This document shows, piece after piece, positions 26,954 through 39,779 of a stretch of 64,000 nucleotides of DNA (position 1 is the first letter of the stretch; the number at the start of each line of letters is the position of its first letter). The translations under genes were made by a program, and so were the position numbers. This stretch comes from Scyliorhinus canicula (taxonomy: Eukaryota): positions 222,665,336-222,729,335 of the forward strand of contig NC_052148.1 in assembly GCF_902713615.1 (NCBI RefSeq), given 5' to 3'. Below the pieces are notes generated by a model. The model searched no databases, was not told where the DNA came from, and was given only the letters and a program-made list of their open reading frames with translations.

Positions 26954-27582
26954 GGGCGGGATTCTCTGAACCCCCGCCGGGCCGGAGAATCGCTGGGGGG
27001 GGCGGCGTGAATCCTGTCCGGCACCCTGACGCCGGCTGCCATATTCTCCGGCGCCGGTGGGAATCGCATCGCGCTGGTCGGGGCCGTTGGCAGCGGCCCC
27101 TCCGGCGATTCTCTGCCCCGCGATGGGCTGAGTGGCTGCCCGTTTTCGGCCAGTCCCGCCGGCGTAAATCAAACAAGGTCCTTACCGGCGGGGCCTGGCT
27201 CTGCGGGCGGCCTGCGGAGTCTTCAGGGGGCTCGGGGGAATCTGGCCCCGGGGGGGCCCCCATGGTGTCCTGGCCCGCGATCCGTGGGCAGGCCTGTGCT
27301 GTGGGGGCACTCTTTCCCTCCATGCCGGCCGCTGTAAAGGTCCACCATGGCTGGCGCAGAGAAGAACCCCCTGCGCATGCGCTGGGATGACGCCTGCACA
27401 CGCTGGCGCTCCCGCGCATGCGCCAACTCGCGCCGGCCGGCGGAGGCCCTTCGGCACCAGTTGGCGCAACGCCAACCCCGCCGGCACCGGCCTAGCCCCT
27501 GGGCGGCCCGATGCCAGAGTGGTCCACGCCACACCTCGACGCCGGTATGGCCCGCCCCACCAGATAGCGGAGAATCCCGGCC
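26954..27582. mobile_element. Harbinger-type MITE, CpG-rich
   Basis: GGGCGGGATTCTC / GAGAATCCCGGCC, TSD CAG. Confidence 0.88.
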
Positions 27583-27622
27583 CAGATTTCAGAACTTGAC
27601 AGTCTGAAAAACGATAGGAAAA

Positions 27623-27894
27623 TTACGCTCGTGGTGCTGTCTTCCTGGCAGCCATGCCCCTGACTGAGGAGTGTTGGGTAGTGCTGAGGAGATGTTTAAA
27701 ACGGAGCACAAAACTGTTTATAGAGATTACGTTTTCCTGGGGAAAACATATAAGAGACAAGCCGCCACGGGTGTGGCAAGAATCAAGTGGGATAAAAAGT
27801 TTGTTAAAGAGGCTGAATACACAGTACGTTTTCCAGCTGTCAGCTTTTCCCACCAGAAACCGCCACTTTGAAAAAATATAAGAAAGTTCCGCCC
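27623..27894 (-). mobile_element. Harbinger end fragment with the first codons of the Myb gene
   Basis: Reverse complement starts GGGCGGAACTT (TIR-like) and ends in MAARKTAPR, like MAGRKPAP at 12953. Confidence 0.5.
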
Positions 27895-28992
27895 ACTGCT
27901 TGTCAGTCTGGACAAAGTCCATTCACGATAACTAATTTTAATGAAGCTTATTCTCTGAAAACCTGCATTAAATGGTAATTCAGCAAAACATGGCATCCAG
28001 TGTGGAGTCACATCAGACAGATTCACAGATTTGGAGGCTAAGCTTTTGTGTGACCCTCTGGCTAAAATCCCACTATTTGGGGAAAATTCCGGATTTGCGC
28101 CGGCGCAAAACAGTCCATGATTTTTCCAAGCCCTCAGGCAGACATATTCAGGTTGAAACCCAGTGAAGGCATGGACCTGACTACCATTCATTTAAATATA
28201 TTTAAATGTTCAAAATTGGTTTAATGCTGAATCATCCAGGAATGTGCTACCTTTCCATCCATTGGGCATGACGTGGTACTGACAGGAATCACGACTGGTC
28301 TCCGCAAACGGAAACCAGACATGATGGCCATGGCAGGGGGTTTGGAGGTCATTATAGTCCAGGGTGGTCTGGCACACTGGCAGTGCCGACCTGGCAATGC
28401 CATGTTGCCACTGCCAGAGGGAGAGGCCTGAAGGGGTGGTGCATATAGGGCGATTCATCGGTAGGGCCCCTATGCCAGCGATCTATGCTCGGGTGGTAGG
28501 GGGCGGTTGTGGTGTATGCTGGCGATCCATGTTCCAGTGGTGGTGGTGGGGGAGGGGGGTCAACATGCCTTCGATGAGGGGTGAGGGAGAAGGGGTTCTT
28601 TAATTTCACTTGCTACTGTCCCTTGGTTATGATGAGCTTTTAATTTATTGATGAATATGCCATCTGGGACCTTGACAAAAGCCTTGCTACAATCCATATA
28701 GATGAAATATTACAGCATTTTTACAGCACAAAATGAGGTCAATCAGCTAATCACATCTGCCAGATCTCAGAAAGAATAATATACCTGGAGTGTTACTCCC
28801 TTGCCTTCTTCTCATAGCCCTGGGCATTATTCCTTTTCAGATCAGCCAGTTTCCTCGAGTAACTACTACATTGAATGTGCTACCCTCATTGTTAGCTCCT
28901 CAAACAATTTGCTTAAGTTCATCAAGATAGCAAAGGAGCGGTGCAGGAACCTATTGATAGTAACATAGAAGAACGTTTTTTTTCTTGCATCC

Positions 28993-29342
28993 TGGGCAGC
29001 ACGGTAGCATTGTGGACAGCACAATCGCTTCACAGCTCCAGGGTCCCAGGTTCGATTCCGGCTTGGGTCACTGTCTGTGCGGAGTCTGCACATCCTCCCC
29101 GTGTGTGCGTGGGTTTCCTCCGGGTGCTCCGGTTTCCTCCCAGGGTCCAAAGATGTGCGGGTTAGGTGGATTGGCCATGATAAATTGCCCTTAGTGTTGG
29201 GTGGGGTTACTGGGTTATGGGGTTATGGGGATAGGGTGGAGTTGTTGACCTTGGGTAGGGTGCTCTTTCCAAGAGCCGGTGCAGACTCGATGGGCTGAAT
29301 GGCCTCCTTCTGCACTGTAAATTCTATGTAAATTCTATCTAT
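28993..29342 (+). mobile_element. HE1/V-type SINE, long tail
   Basis: A/B boxes, V domain, microsatellite tail. Confidence 0.92.
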
Positions 29343-29619
29343 CCTGTGAATATAAACTCAGCTGATTCATATTTCTGAAATCCCTTTCTTAGCAGATTGA
29401 GGGGCAGGCTGTCTGGTGGGTAGGTGATGCATTCGTCTATAGCCAAGGAGCAGAGAGGAGGGAGAGAGAGATTGGCGATCAAAGGGGAGATCAATGGGTG
29501 GATGCCAGTCGAGATCAATGGAAGAGAGGAGAAAATCAAAAAAGGACCTCGAGAATTTGGGAGAAGAAGGAGAGACCTATGGAGGACATTGAGGGGTTGG
29601 GGAAGAGATCATAGACCAT

Positions 29620-30443
29620 GGGCACGATTCTCCGCTCCCGGGAAAAATCGTGAAGGCCGTCGTGAACTCGGCTGAGTTTCACGACGGCCTCGGAGCCCGC
29701 TCCTCTCACCGAATTCACCCCCACCCAGGGGGGCTAGGAGTGGCGCTCCGTTATTCTCGGCTGCCGGGCCTTGACGCTTGCGTCAAGGTGGCGTGCCTAG
29801 AATGAAGCGACGGCGGCGCCTATGTGATGTCAGCCACGCATGTGCAGGTTGGCCGGCTCCAACCCGCGCATGCGTGGCTGACGTCACGATGGCTGACAGC
29901 TCGATCCCACACATGCGCGGTGGCCGTCTTTCCCCTCAGCCGCCCCGCAAGACGTGGCGGCTTGATCTTGCGGGGCGGCGGAGGGGAAATAGTAAGTCTG
30001 ATTGAGACGCCGGCCCGACGATCGGTGGGCACCGATCGTGGGCCTGTCCACTCCTGAGCACAGTTGTGGTGCTGATTCCCCACCAGGCCCCCTACAAGCC
30101 CCAAAATGGGCATCTCACGGCGATTTCATGACGGCAGCGACCAGGTGTGGTTGCCGCTGTTGTGAAACAGTCGCGAACGACAGGCCGCAGAATCGCCGGT
30201 CGCCGTGAAAAACTCTCGCGTATGCACGGACTCAGGCCGGCCGGCGGAGTCCCTTTGGCCCTGGCTGGCATGGCGCCAAAGGCCTTCCATGCCAGCCGGC
30301 GGGGTGCAACCCACTCCGGCGCCGGCCTATCCCCTGAAGGTGCAGAGGATTCTGCACCTTTGGGGCGGGCCGACGCCGGAGTGGTTCACGCCACTGCGTC
30401 CCGCCGGGAACCCCGGTCCCGCCGGGTAGGGGAGAATCCGCCC
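29620..30443. mobile_element. Harbinger-type MITE, CpG-rich
   Basis: GGGCACGATTCTCC / GGAGAATCCGCCC; core shared with 52292-52966. Confidence 0.85.
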
Positions 30444-30444
30444 A

Positions 30445-30680
30445 TAGTTTCTGCTCAACTCTGTTTTGAATTTTCTACCTATTCTCCCAAGAATATGACC
30501 TCTCATTCTAGAATGCCCCACACGAGGAAGCATCCGCTCCACATCTACTTTATCCATATCTTTTCTCATCTTGTATACCTTAATATGATCTCCCCTGATT
30601 CTTCTAAACTCTAGAGAGTATAGGCCTAAACTGTTCAATCTCTCTTCATACGGCAAACCTTCATCTCTGGAATCAACACA
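30445..30680 (-). mobile_element. CR1 LINE ORF2 C-terminal fragment
   Basis: LPYEERLNSLGLYSLEFRRIRGD. Confidence 0.85.
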
Positions 30681-31262
30681 GTGAGAGGGCTGCAGTATAC
30701 AATAGCCTCTGTTGCATAATTTGGGATAAAAGCTTGATAGATATTTACTGCCAAACAAACGGTTTATACTTTGGAGCAGATGGTTTAAATGTATCTGTTG
30801 GACTGCATGCCCAAGAAACAGATGCAAAATCTTTATTCAGGCCAGAATTTGTTTGCGTGATTAATGCATTGAAATTAAAATGAGTAAAAATTCAATATTG
30901 CGCTGCAATGAACTTGAGATCTGAGTGCTCGATGTGATTACAAAAGTGAAAGTCTTTTAATTTTATTTAGATGATGGTACACAATCATGCTGCACATTTA
31001 CAGCTGGGTCAAATTGTTCCACTTCCATCTGTCACTTGTAGTGCTGAGGAATAAACATACTGGAATACAGACCACCAGAAACTCCAAAATATCTGTGTTT
31101 TGTTTTAATTTCAGTACAAACCTGTATTCTATGCTTAAGGTTATTCAAAATATTGTATAATCCTTCAGTTGATTTGTTTGCTTATAAATAATTTAAAGAA
31201 CCTGGGAAAACTGGCTTTGTAAAATAATTGGAAATTGAATAGGACAGTCATAGGAAACCTAC

Positions 31263-31331
31263 CTCACAAGACCTGGCGATGAAAGATAGTTGGATCCTTC
31301 ATAACTAAATTCTGAACAGCTGCAGTCAGAT
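31263..31331 (-). other. Candidate host exon (69 nt)
   Basis: Pyrimidine tract TTTTTTTCGATAG acceptor, GAG|GTAGGT donor, one open frame. Confidence 0.3.
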
Positions 31332-31924
31332 CTATCGAAAAAAAGAGTAAACCTCTTTTTCAGTTCTCAGCTATGGGTGGTAGAAGTGATCTATAGGCGA
31401 CAGGTCCCAAGGTAGAGCAGCTGGGCCATTCAAGATGCATTAAGTTTTGTTTATTATCTGATTAAATTATAAAACAAAATTATATTATATAATCAACACT
31501 GGATCAAACTCCGCTGCTGCAATCATTCTTCACCTTGTTCATAAACTCAGCCTGAACTCTTTGGCTTTGTTGCTGGCTGTTCAATGCATAACAAACTAAC
31601 TACTCTTATTCTTCACAAATTAATAATTTATATGCCATGAGCAGTTTATGACGATCGTTTAAACCCCAACATGGGATTTCAACTTCAAAAGTCAGTTGTA
31701 ATTGAATCGGTTATTCTTTAAAATGCAGTTGTAGCATTTTACGGGGTTGATTTGCTCTATTTTTCGCATTGGGTGTTGCAACAGATTCCAATGTCTGAAT
31801 TATTCCATGCAGTCAATATGGGATAATATTAATGCTGACGAATTGCTTTCTCCATTATATTCATTTACATATATTTTGAAGATCTAGCAAAACCCACCCA
31901 GACACAAATACACTCAAACTGCGT

Positions 31925-32610
31925 GGAATGTACAGCACAGGCCAGGTCATTCAACTCAACGGGTCTGTGCTGGTAATCATCCTTCCCATAAGCTTCTCCC
32001 ACTCTGCTTCAACTAATGCTATCAGCAAAATCTTCCATATCTGCCTGACCCATGAATTTCTGAGCTTCATGTTAAATTGAGATTTACCTCAACAACTCCT
32101 TGTACTAAAGAGTTTCACATTCCAACCACTCTCTTGAATTCTCTATTCAAATTATTGGAGAGTCTCATATTTATTGGCCTCTAGTTTTGGTCCCCTCCAC
32201 AACTGGAAGCTTCTTAATGTCTACTCTATGAAACCCTTCATAATCTTAACGATCAGGTCAAGCCACAGCATTCTCTTCACTCGGAAAGAGAAAAGAGCCA
32301 CAGTTTGCTCAGTCATTCCTGATAGGTAGAACCACTCAATTCTGGTATCTGATAATCTATTATGCACCCTCTTCGACATTCTCGACCCTTTTTACACAAT
32401 GGAGACCGGAACTCTATTGTACAATGCTCTAAGTGTAGAGAAACAAGTTTCTATGGATGTTTAACTTAACTGCCCTGCTCTTCAGTTCTCCACCTTTGGA
32501 AGAGAACAACATTGCTTTGTTTGATTTTTAATGACCTTATTCATGGTGTTACAATTTATAATGATTTTTACCCATATGCCTTAAATCCCATTTCTCCTCT
32601 GCTCCATTTT
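31925..32610 (-). mobile_element. Old CR1 LINE 3' relic
   Basis: TACAGCACAGG..GGTCATTC tail signature and degenerate ORF2 end. Confidence 0.6.
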
Positions 32611-32929
32611 GACTCTCAGGAGGCTAAAATGGATGGCTTTGAAACAGGCGTGGAGATCATGAGGCAAAATTAGCTGTTGGTTGCAATGGAGGCTGCATGC
32701 CAACTCTGTGCTGCCTGTTCATTTGAACAATCTTTGCTGCCAAACAAGGCTAACTGCGAAATTCTAGGGCTGGATACACCCGCAGAGAGCCAATAATGTG
32801 ACTGACGAGCTCCAGTTATAGCCTACCTATCCTTCATGAAGAAGAGATGCATTGTGGCAGAAACACGTGGGGGCGTCATGGTTGAAGGGAATCTGACTTG
32901 GAATGGAATGAGGAATGGTATAAAAGAAG

Positions 32930-33135
32930 AGAAGGTGGGTTGCATGGTTTTCCGAAGCGACATTGGAAATTGCTGGAGGAAGTGAGTATGTACAGAGGAA
33001 CAGCAGGCCCAACAGAAATATAGCCAAAAGACAGTGAGGGCAAATAGCCAAGGAGATCAATGACAGGAGACAAGTGCAAGGACCTGGATGCAGAGCCTCA
33101 AGAAGCACAATGACCTCACATTAGTTGCCAAGATC
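32930..33135 (+). pseudogene. Harbinger Myb/SANT exon relic
   Basis: AWFSEATLE...QIAKEIN...RTWMQSLKKHNDL. Confidence 0.65.
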
Positions 33136-33900
33136 AGTGAATGCACCTTCTATTACTGTATCTTATCAACTGCAACAGTAGCATCATTCACTGCTCAATT
33201 CACCACACCCGCATTGCTCTCCCATCAACAATCTCCATCAGTCAGCCCCTGTTCATATGATCACCTCATCCTGAGTCACTCACGACTACTGAATGTCTCA
33301 CAGTCACATCTCACGGCGTGTACACACTGGCAGTTATTCAAGAGACAGTTCTTTCTTCCCTCCTCCTCACAATCTTGCTTCCTCAGCTGCCTGCCACACA
33401 GCTCATGTCAAGTCTGTCACTCCACGATGGTAAAGTTGTGCAGTCTGCAGACGATGGCCACATATCTTGACACAAACTCAGCCAAGCACTACAAAGCTCT
33501 TTCAAAATGACGCAGGCAGTGGGAGCATTGTTTCAGCATGTGGATGGTCTACTCTATCACATTTCTTGTGGCAGCAAGGTTTTCATTGCATGCAAGCTGC
33601 ATATCTGTGTGTGGGTTGAGAATGGGAGTTTTGAGCTGTGTCAGTGGCAACTAATCCTTATCAACTCATCACCTCACTTTGATTTGCCATGGTGGCACAA
33701 ATGCAGCCAAGGCTGGACTGCCGCAGAATGAAGTCTGCAGGATACCAGATTCATAGAATGGCTACAACCAGGCTACTGCCAGGCTACTGGACAGAAACCC
33801 TGATATTTAATTTTAATTTTATAAGACTGTGAGGAAAGCATACCTCGGTCTAGAGGTGATTTCACACAAAACCAGGATATGATATGCTAAAACAAACATC

Positions 33901-34123
33901 GGCGGCATGGTGACGCAATGGTTAGCGCTGCTGCCTCACAGCGCTGAGGACCTGGGTTCAATCCCGGCCCCGGGTCACTGTCCGTCTGGAGTTTGCACAT
34001 TCGCCCCGTGCCTGCGGGGATCTCACCTCCACAACCCAAAGATATGCTGTGTGTGGATTGGCCACGCTAAATTACTCCTTAATTGAAAAGAAAAGAATTG
34101 GGTACTCTAAATTTATTTTTAAA
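33901..34123 (+). mobile_element. Short A-tailed V-type SINE
   Basis: Flanked by an imperfect TSD containing TAAAACAAAC. Confidence 0.85.
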
Positions 34124-34154
34124 ATATTAAAACAAACTTTACTACTAACACAGT

Positions 34155-34736
34155 ATTTTTTTTTTAAATTTAGAGTACCCAATTCATTTTTTCCAATTAA
34201 GGGGCAATTTAACATGGCCAATCCACCTACCCTGAACATCTTTGGGTTGTGGGGGCGAAACCCGCGCAAACACGGGGAGAATGTGCAAACTCCACAGACA
34301 GTGACCCAGAGCCGGGATCGAACCTCGGACCTCGGCGCCGTGAGGCAGCGTGGGCAGCACGGTAGCATGGTGGTTAGCATAAATGCTTCACAGCTCCAGG
34401 GTCCCAGGTTCGATTCCCGGCTGGGTCACTGTCTGTGCGGAGTCTGCACATCCTCCCCGTGTGTGCGTGGGTTTCCTCCGGGTGCTCCGGTTTCCTCCCA
34501 CAGTCCAAAGATGTGCGGGTTAGGTGGATTGGCCATGCTAAATTGCCCGTAGTGTCCTAAAAAGTAAGGTTAAGGGGGGTGGGGTTGTTGGATTATGGGT
34601 ATAGGGTGGATATGTGGGTTTGAGTAGGGTGATCATTGCTCGGCACAACATCGAGGGCCGAAGGGCCTGTTCTGTGCTGTACTGTTCTAATTCTAATTCT
34701 AATTCTAATTCTAACCACTGTGCCACCATGCTGCCC
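34155..34736 (-). mobile_element. Short A-tailed V-type SINE interrupted by a + strand HE1
   Basis: Body 34155-34350, head resumes ~34712-34736; imperfect TSD containing TACTAAC. Confidence 0.82.
34352..34712 (+). mobile_element. HE1/V-type SINE, long tail, nested
   Basis: Near-identical to the reverse complement of 4084-4428; (TTCTAA)n tail. Confidence 0.92.
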
Positions 34737-35970
34737 TTGTTACTAACCCAGGATTAAAATATCTTCAACATTGCACGAGAAAGTAGCTTAAAATTACTCC
34801 ATAAACAAATTTAATCAAGACAGTGACACAATAACACTTAACTTCCCACTCAAACAACAAAACCACCTCAGATCCAAATCCACTTTTCAATACTCTGGAA
34901 ATACTTTCTGTACAGAGCTGTCTTGAATACGTTGAGAAAGAGAGATCTTTTAAGACTGCTTGGCCTGAACCTCTGCCAGAATAATGCAGAATCTTTAGCT
35001 GTGTTTCTTCAGAAACATTCTCAACTCACCTCCCAGCCAAAAACTAATTTGGCAAAGCTCGACACCTCACAGTTTCAACCCCTGGCTTCTCCCCTTAACT
35101 GCACCATCTTGCTCGGTTGAACACAATGTGGAGAATCGAACCAACAAAATTCTTAATGTTAGGGTGGCAGTGCCAAGGTGCCAGATTGGCAGTGCCAAGG
35201 TGCCAGGTTGGCCATGCCAAGGTACCCAGTTGCTAAAGGGCGAGCCAGGGACCACCTTGCCCAGGCCCCAACCCCTCAGGGCAGAAAACATCATGAATCT
35301 TGTAAGAGGCCTCTCGCAAGATTCAACGGCATAGTCGCAGCACCAAGTTGGGCGCGATTCTCCGGCCTCGTTGCGGTCTCGTTTGAGCGAAACGAGGCCG
35401 ATGAATAGTAGGAGAGGCCAAAAACGAGACCCGCACCTGGCGCAAAACAGTTTGCCATGCAACCGGCCGGCTCCCGTAGGCGATATCGGGATCCCGCCGT
35501 AGCGTGGCAAGAAACCACACAATGTTCAGAAGGGACCCCATATCCAATGACCTCCCATGATTCTGTGGCCTCCTCAGCAAGTGATCACGCTGGTGGGAGT
35601 CATTGCCTTGCATCCTAATCAAACTATGATGCCTGGACACTACCTGAACACTGCAGGAGACAGCACCACACTACAACAGCCAAACACCTAGGGGATAGGA
35701 CAAGCTCTGGGGGCATGTTGACGGCAGGAGGGTGGGTGAGTGCAATGGGGAGGGGACCAGTGTCTGGCGGAGGTAATGTTATGTGCAGGTGTCTGGGGCA
35801 CAGAGCCTGGGGCCCATTGAGGGGGTGCCTGCTGTGGCCAGGAATGCGCGGGCATGGCGTTCTGGGTGGTGAGGGGGGATTCAATGGGGGAATGGAGAGT
35901 CTTGGGGTGGGAGCTACCACTGTTTGTCAGTCTCACACCCTCTCCCAATTCCTTACAGATATTGAAAGGT

Positions 35971-37210
35971 ATGGACGATATTTTGGACCCTGCAGAACAG
36001 GCCCTAGTTGTGCTGCTGGTAGGCTGTGTGGCCAGATACTGGAGATGGTGGCAGCAGCAGTGCGATAGATGCTGAAGGCATGTGCAGGGGCGCACCCTAC
36101 ACCTTGAGGACCTGGTCGCCGATCAGGCCAGGGAGGGACCCAAAGGGGGAGGCCGGTGACGGCCCAGGGTGTACAGGCATTGCTAGTCCTTTGAAAAAAA
36201 TGAAGGCATGCAGGAGGCTCTGCCTCAATAAGGGGATGATGCGGCACCTATGCCATGCCCTTGCGTACTTGGCACCATGTGGAGGAAGAAGAGGACACCC
36301 TCTCCCAGTGGCCATGAAGGTCACTGCAACCCTGAACCTTTACTCAGGATCATTCCATGGATCGATCGGGGACCTGTGTGGCATTTTTCAGGCCACAGCC
36401 TGCAGGTGCACCTGACAGGTCATGGATGCCCTGTTTGCCTGGGTGGCGAACTATATAAACCTTGACATGGACCAAGCCCAACAGGATTCCCGGGCAGCAG
36501 GATTCTCCTCCATTGCCGGGATGCCCAGGTCCCAGGTGCTGATGGAGTGCACGCATGTTACCTTGTGCTCCCCGGGCCATCTGAGATTGCCCTACGTTGA
36601 GGGATTCAACTCCCTGAACATAAAGCTCGTGTGTGACCATCACATGGATATCATGCACGTGTGTGCACGCTTTCCAGGGAGTGTGCACTTCAGCTACATC
36701 CTGGGGCAGTTGGTCATCCCCGGCCTCTTCGAGGCCCTTCCCAGGATGGGTGGCTGGCTCTTTGGGGATAAGGGTACCCGTTGAGGACCTGGCTAAAAAT
36801 GCCATTATGGAGGCCGGAGACCAAAGTGGAGACCCGATACAACGTGGCCACCTGGGTTGTCATTGAGTGGTGCATCAGACTGCTTAAAATGCAGTTCCGA
36901 TGCCTCGACTGCTCTGGTGGTGTAATGCAGTACACCACCCGGAGTGTCGCCAGTTTTGTGGTGGTCTGCTGTGCCATCCACAACCTCGCACAGCAGCGAG
37001 GCAACATGCTGGAGCTTGGGGATGAGGAACATGTGGCCATCTCTGAGGAGGAGGATGATGAAGAGGCGCTGGGCCAGCAGGGGCTGGAGGATGAGCCTGA
37101 GGATAAACCAGAGGAACAGACAGAGGCTTCAGGACAGGCAGCAGCGGCAAGGGTCCGACAAGCCGGAGGACCAGGGGCCTCATACACGCCCGCTTCACAT
37201 AGGACACGGT
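35971..37210 (+). pseudogene. Harbinger DDE transposase, frameshifted
   Basis: KVTATLNLY.GSF, CTHV, FNSLNIKLVCDH, ARFPGSVH, GDKG, IEWCIRLLKMQFRCLD, CCAIHNL. Confidence 0.92.
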
Positions 37211-37457
37211 CTAGTTCATCATCGCTACCTTCTCCAATACCTCCTCCCCCCCCATTTCCCACCCTCTAAGTGTATGCGTCACATCACTCCAGGGTTCTAG
37301 GACTGTGTCAGCAACGTCAGCATTGTCGAGGGCAGGGTGGTGATGATGACCTGTAGCGTGATGAGTCCCAGCACTCCTCAATCTATGCCATAGTCTGACC
37401 CTGCCTGTCTGCTGAGTGCTCGATCACACTTATCACCAACATGCAGTGTGCCGGGGT

Positions 37458-37489
<32 letters not shown>

Positions 37490-37684
37490 TACCCGGAGAG
37501 ATGAGCCAACGATTCGGAGGTCAGCCTACATAGCGAGCAAAAATGACAGAGGTGTCATACTGGTTGTAATGAAGGATTTTTAATAGGTCCCAGGTGTCCA
37601 ACAATGCCTCACTCTCCCGATGGTAATGCCCACCTCTCCCCAACACCCCCTCCTCACCGCCTAACTACCCCCTCCCCAGTGCTC

Positions 37685-39779
37685 TCAGTGATCCTTAACG
37701 TGCTTCGCCTTCTTTGCTCTACCGCTCCGCCTCGGTGTGTCCCCAGGATGCACATCGGAGGTGAAGGCAGTCAGCTGCTTACCATGTCCCGTGGTCTTTG
37801 ATGCCCCTGGTGGGCATCCTCTGGGGGCTCTGGGGCCAGAGGGCCCCACCGCACTTATCAGCGTCACATGCACAGTTGTGTTGCACTGTCCCATGTACTG
37901 AATTTGAGACGGGGCCTCATCAGAGGGGTGGAACTCGAGGGAGCTGGTGGCCACCATCCCCACTCCATGGGATGGGTCCGAGTTGGCATCCAGTGCCCTA
38001 TCCTCAAGCTCTGTGCCCAAAGGGCCCTGTGGTTCACCTCAGGATGGAGGAGCAGCTGGTTTGAGACCCAGCTGCCCCTGCATCACCTGGCTCTGCCAGC
38101 CCTGGTGACTCCCCAATGTCTGCACTATGGCGTTGATGCCCTCAGCAATACTCCTCAGCGATTGGGCCATGCTCTGCAATGCCTTGGCAATGCCCACCTG
38201 AGACTGGGACAAGCTATGCAGCGCCTCCGCCATTCCCATCTTAGAGCGGGACATTGTCTGCAGCACCTCATCAAGGTCAGCCTGGTACTGGGTTATGTCC
38301 CTCAGTGAGTCAGACAGTGTACCGAGGCCCTCAGCCATGGCCGTCACCAACGGCATCACACCTTGGACACTTTCACTCATGCTGCCAACATCATGCACCA
38401 GGTTCTACACTGCAGTCACCAACCCTAGTAGCATTGCCCGTGGTGCCACACATTTCTGCCGACATGTCCTGCGCCCATAGCCTCTGGGACTCCTCCAATC
38501 GGCTATGGACCTGCTGGAGCGTCGCTGACATTTCCCTCTCAATGACCCGGCCGCTCCCTAACGCCTCCATCATCTCCGGGATAGCATGTTCCAGAGGCTC
38601 AGCATTTGGCCTCCGACTGCTGTCTTGCCTGACATTACTTTTTTTTTTTAAATTTAGATTACCCAATTATTTTTTCCAATTAAGGGGCAATTTAGCATGG
38701 TCAATCCACCTACTCTGCACATTTTTGGGTTGTGGGGGCGAAACCCACGCAGACACGGGGAGAATCTGCAAACTCCACACGGACAGTGACCCAGAGCCGG
38801 GATCGAACCTGGGACCTCGGCGCCGTGAGGCGGTTGTGCTAACCACTAGGCCACCGTGCTGCCCTTGCCTGACATTACTGCCTCCGCCAGTGGTATATCA
38901 GCAACAGTGGGGTGCTCACCAGATTGTGCTCCAGAAGCTTGACCACTAACATTTCCCACCAAGGTACATGTATCTGCACTTGTGGCAGGTAGGGTTGACT
39001 GCAGTGACGCGTCGTTTGTGGCATCTCGGTGCTCTCCTCCGAGGTGGTCTCATGGGACGCAGGTAAGGGGCCACCCTGGATGGGCTGGCAGCGTCGGCTG
39101 GAGGACCTGCGGGCGAATGGACATGTGGTCATTGGGAGGGATGGGTCAGTGTGTATGGCATTAACAATTCAAGTTTGACAGTCTATCCAGATGAGGCCCG
39201 AGCATCCTCACTTCTAAGGCGCGCGCCAGCCTCCGCATTGGTGACCGTACTGTCCTCGGCCACCCCAGTCATCTCCAGGGCCCGTTCCTTGAAGGTTGCG
39301 AGGATTCTTTTGTCCGGCACCCTTTCGCCAGTCTGGGCCCTCTGCTGGCAACTGTGGAAGTGCTACTCCGACGGAGACACAGTGAGGGTATCGTTAGCTG
39401 CAGTGTGATTCACAGTGGTGGGTGGGTCTTGTCCTTCTAGATGGTGGTGGTGGAAAATATCTGGAAGGTATTGTTGAAGGTGCCTTGGTGAGTTCCTGCG
39501 ATGCATCTTATAGGTGGTACACACTGCTGTTCATCGGTGGTGAAGGGCAAGGAACGGGCTGAAGGGAGAATTGGGGTGGATGCATGCCTGGGTGCAGAAA
39601 GTCTCAGGGGGTGGGGGGGGGCCATTGGTGTCAACTCATCCGTGATGCCCAGTATAGGTCGCTGACCTTCTTGCAAAACTAGAGACCAAGCTGACGGCTG
39701 CTGCCACTTTGTCCCAGGTAGCACTCGCTGCCCTGTGGCCCACCCTCTGGGATCCTCGGGGGAACAGGACATCCCTCAT
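37685..39779 (-). pseudogene. Harbinger Myb/SANT partner with coiled-coil C-terminus
   Basis: RDVLFP...ATWDKVAAAVS; heptad repeats at 38039-38398; basic tail RRSGRAKKAK. Confidence 0.8.
38640..38864 (-). mobile_element. Short A-tailed V-type SINE
   Basis: Perfect 15-bp TSD TTGCCTGACATTACT (38625-38639 and 38865-38879). Confidence 0.93.

Larger units (their letters stand above)
35350..39779 (+). mobile_element. PIF/Harbinger transposon, right end lost
   Basis: Left TIR GGGCGCGATTCTCC; subterminal region homologous to 5327; convergent transposase and Myb genes. Confidence 0.85.

Noticed and set aside
26868-27607. Overlapping 100-200 aa ORFs in GC-rich blocks (also 29778-30614, 51541-53020, 63353-63979)
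   Set aside because: They lie within TIR-bounded MITEs; high GC depletes stop codons and no domain is recognisable.
35971-37210. Domesticated host HARBI1 gene
   Set aside because: It has stops and frameshifts and sits within a TIR-bearing element next to a Myb partner.
37452-37488. Long poly-G/poly-C tracts (also ~10177, ~13259, ~46060) as G-quadruplex elements
   Set aside because: Homopolymer lengths are error-prone and nothing indicates function.
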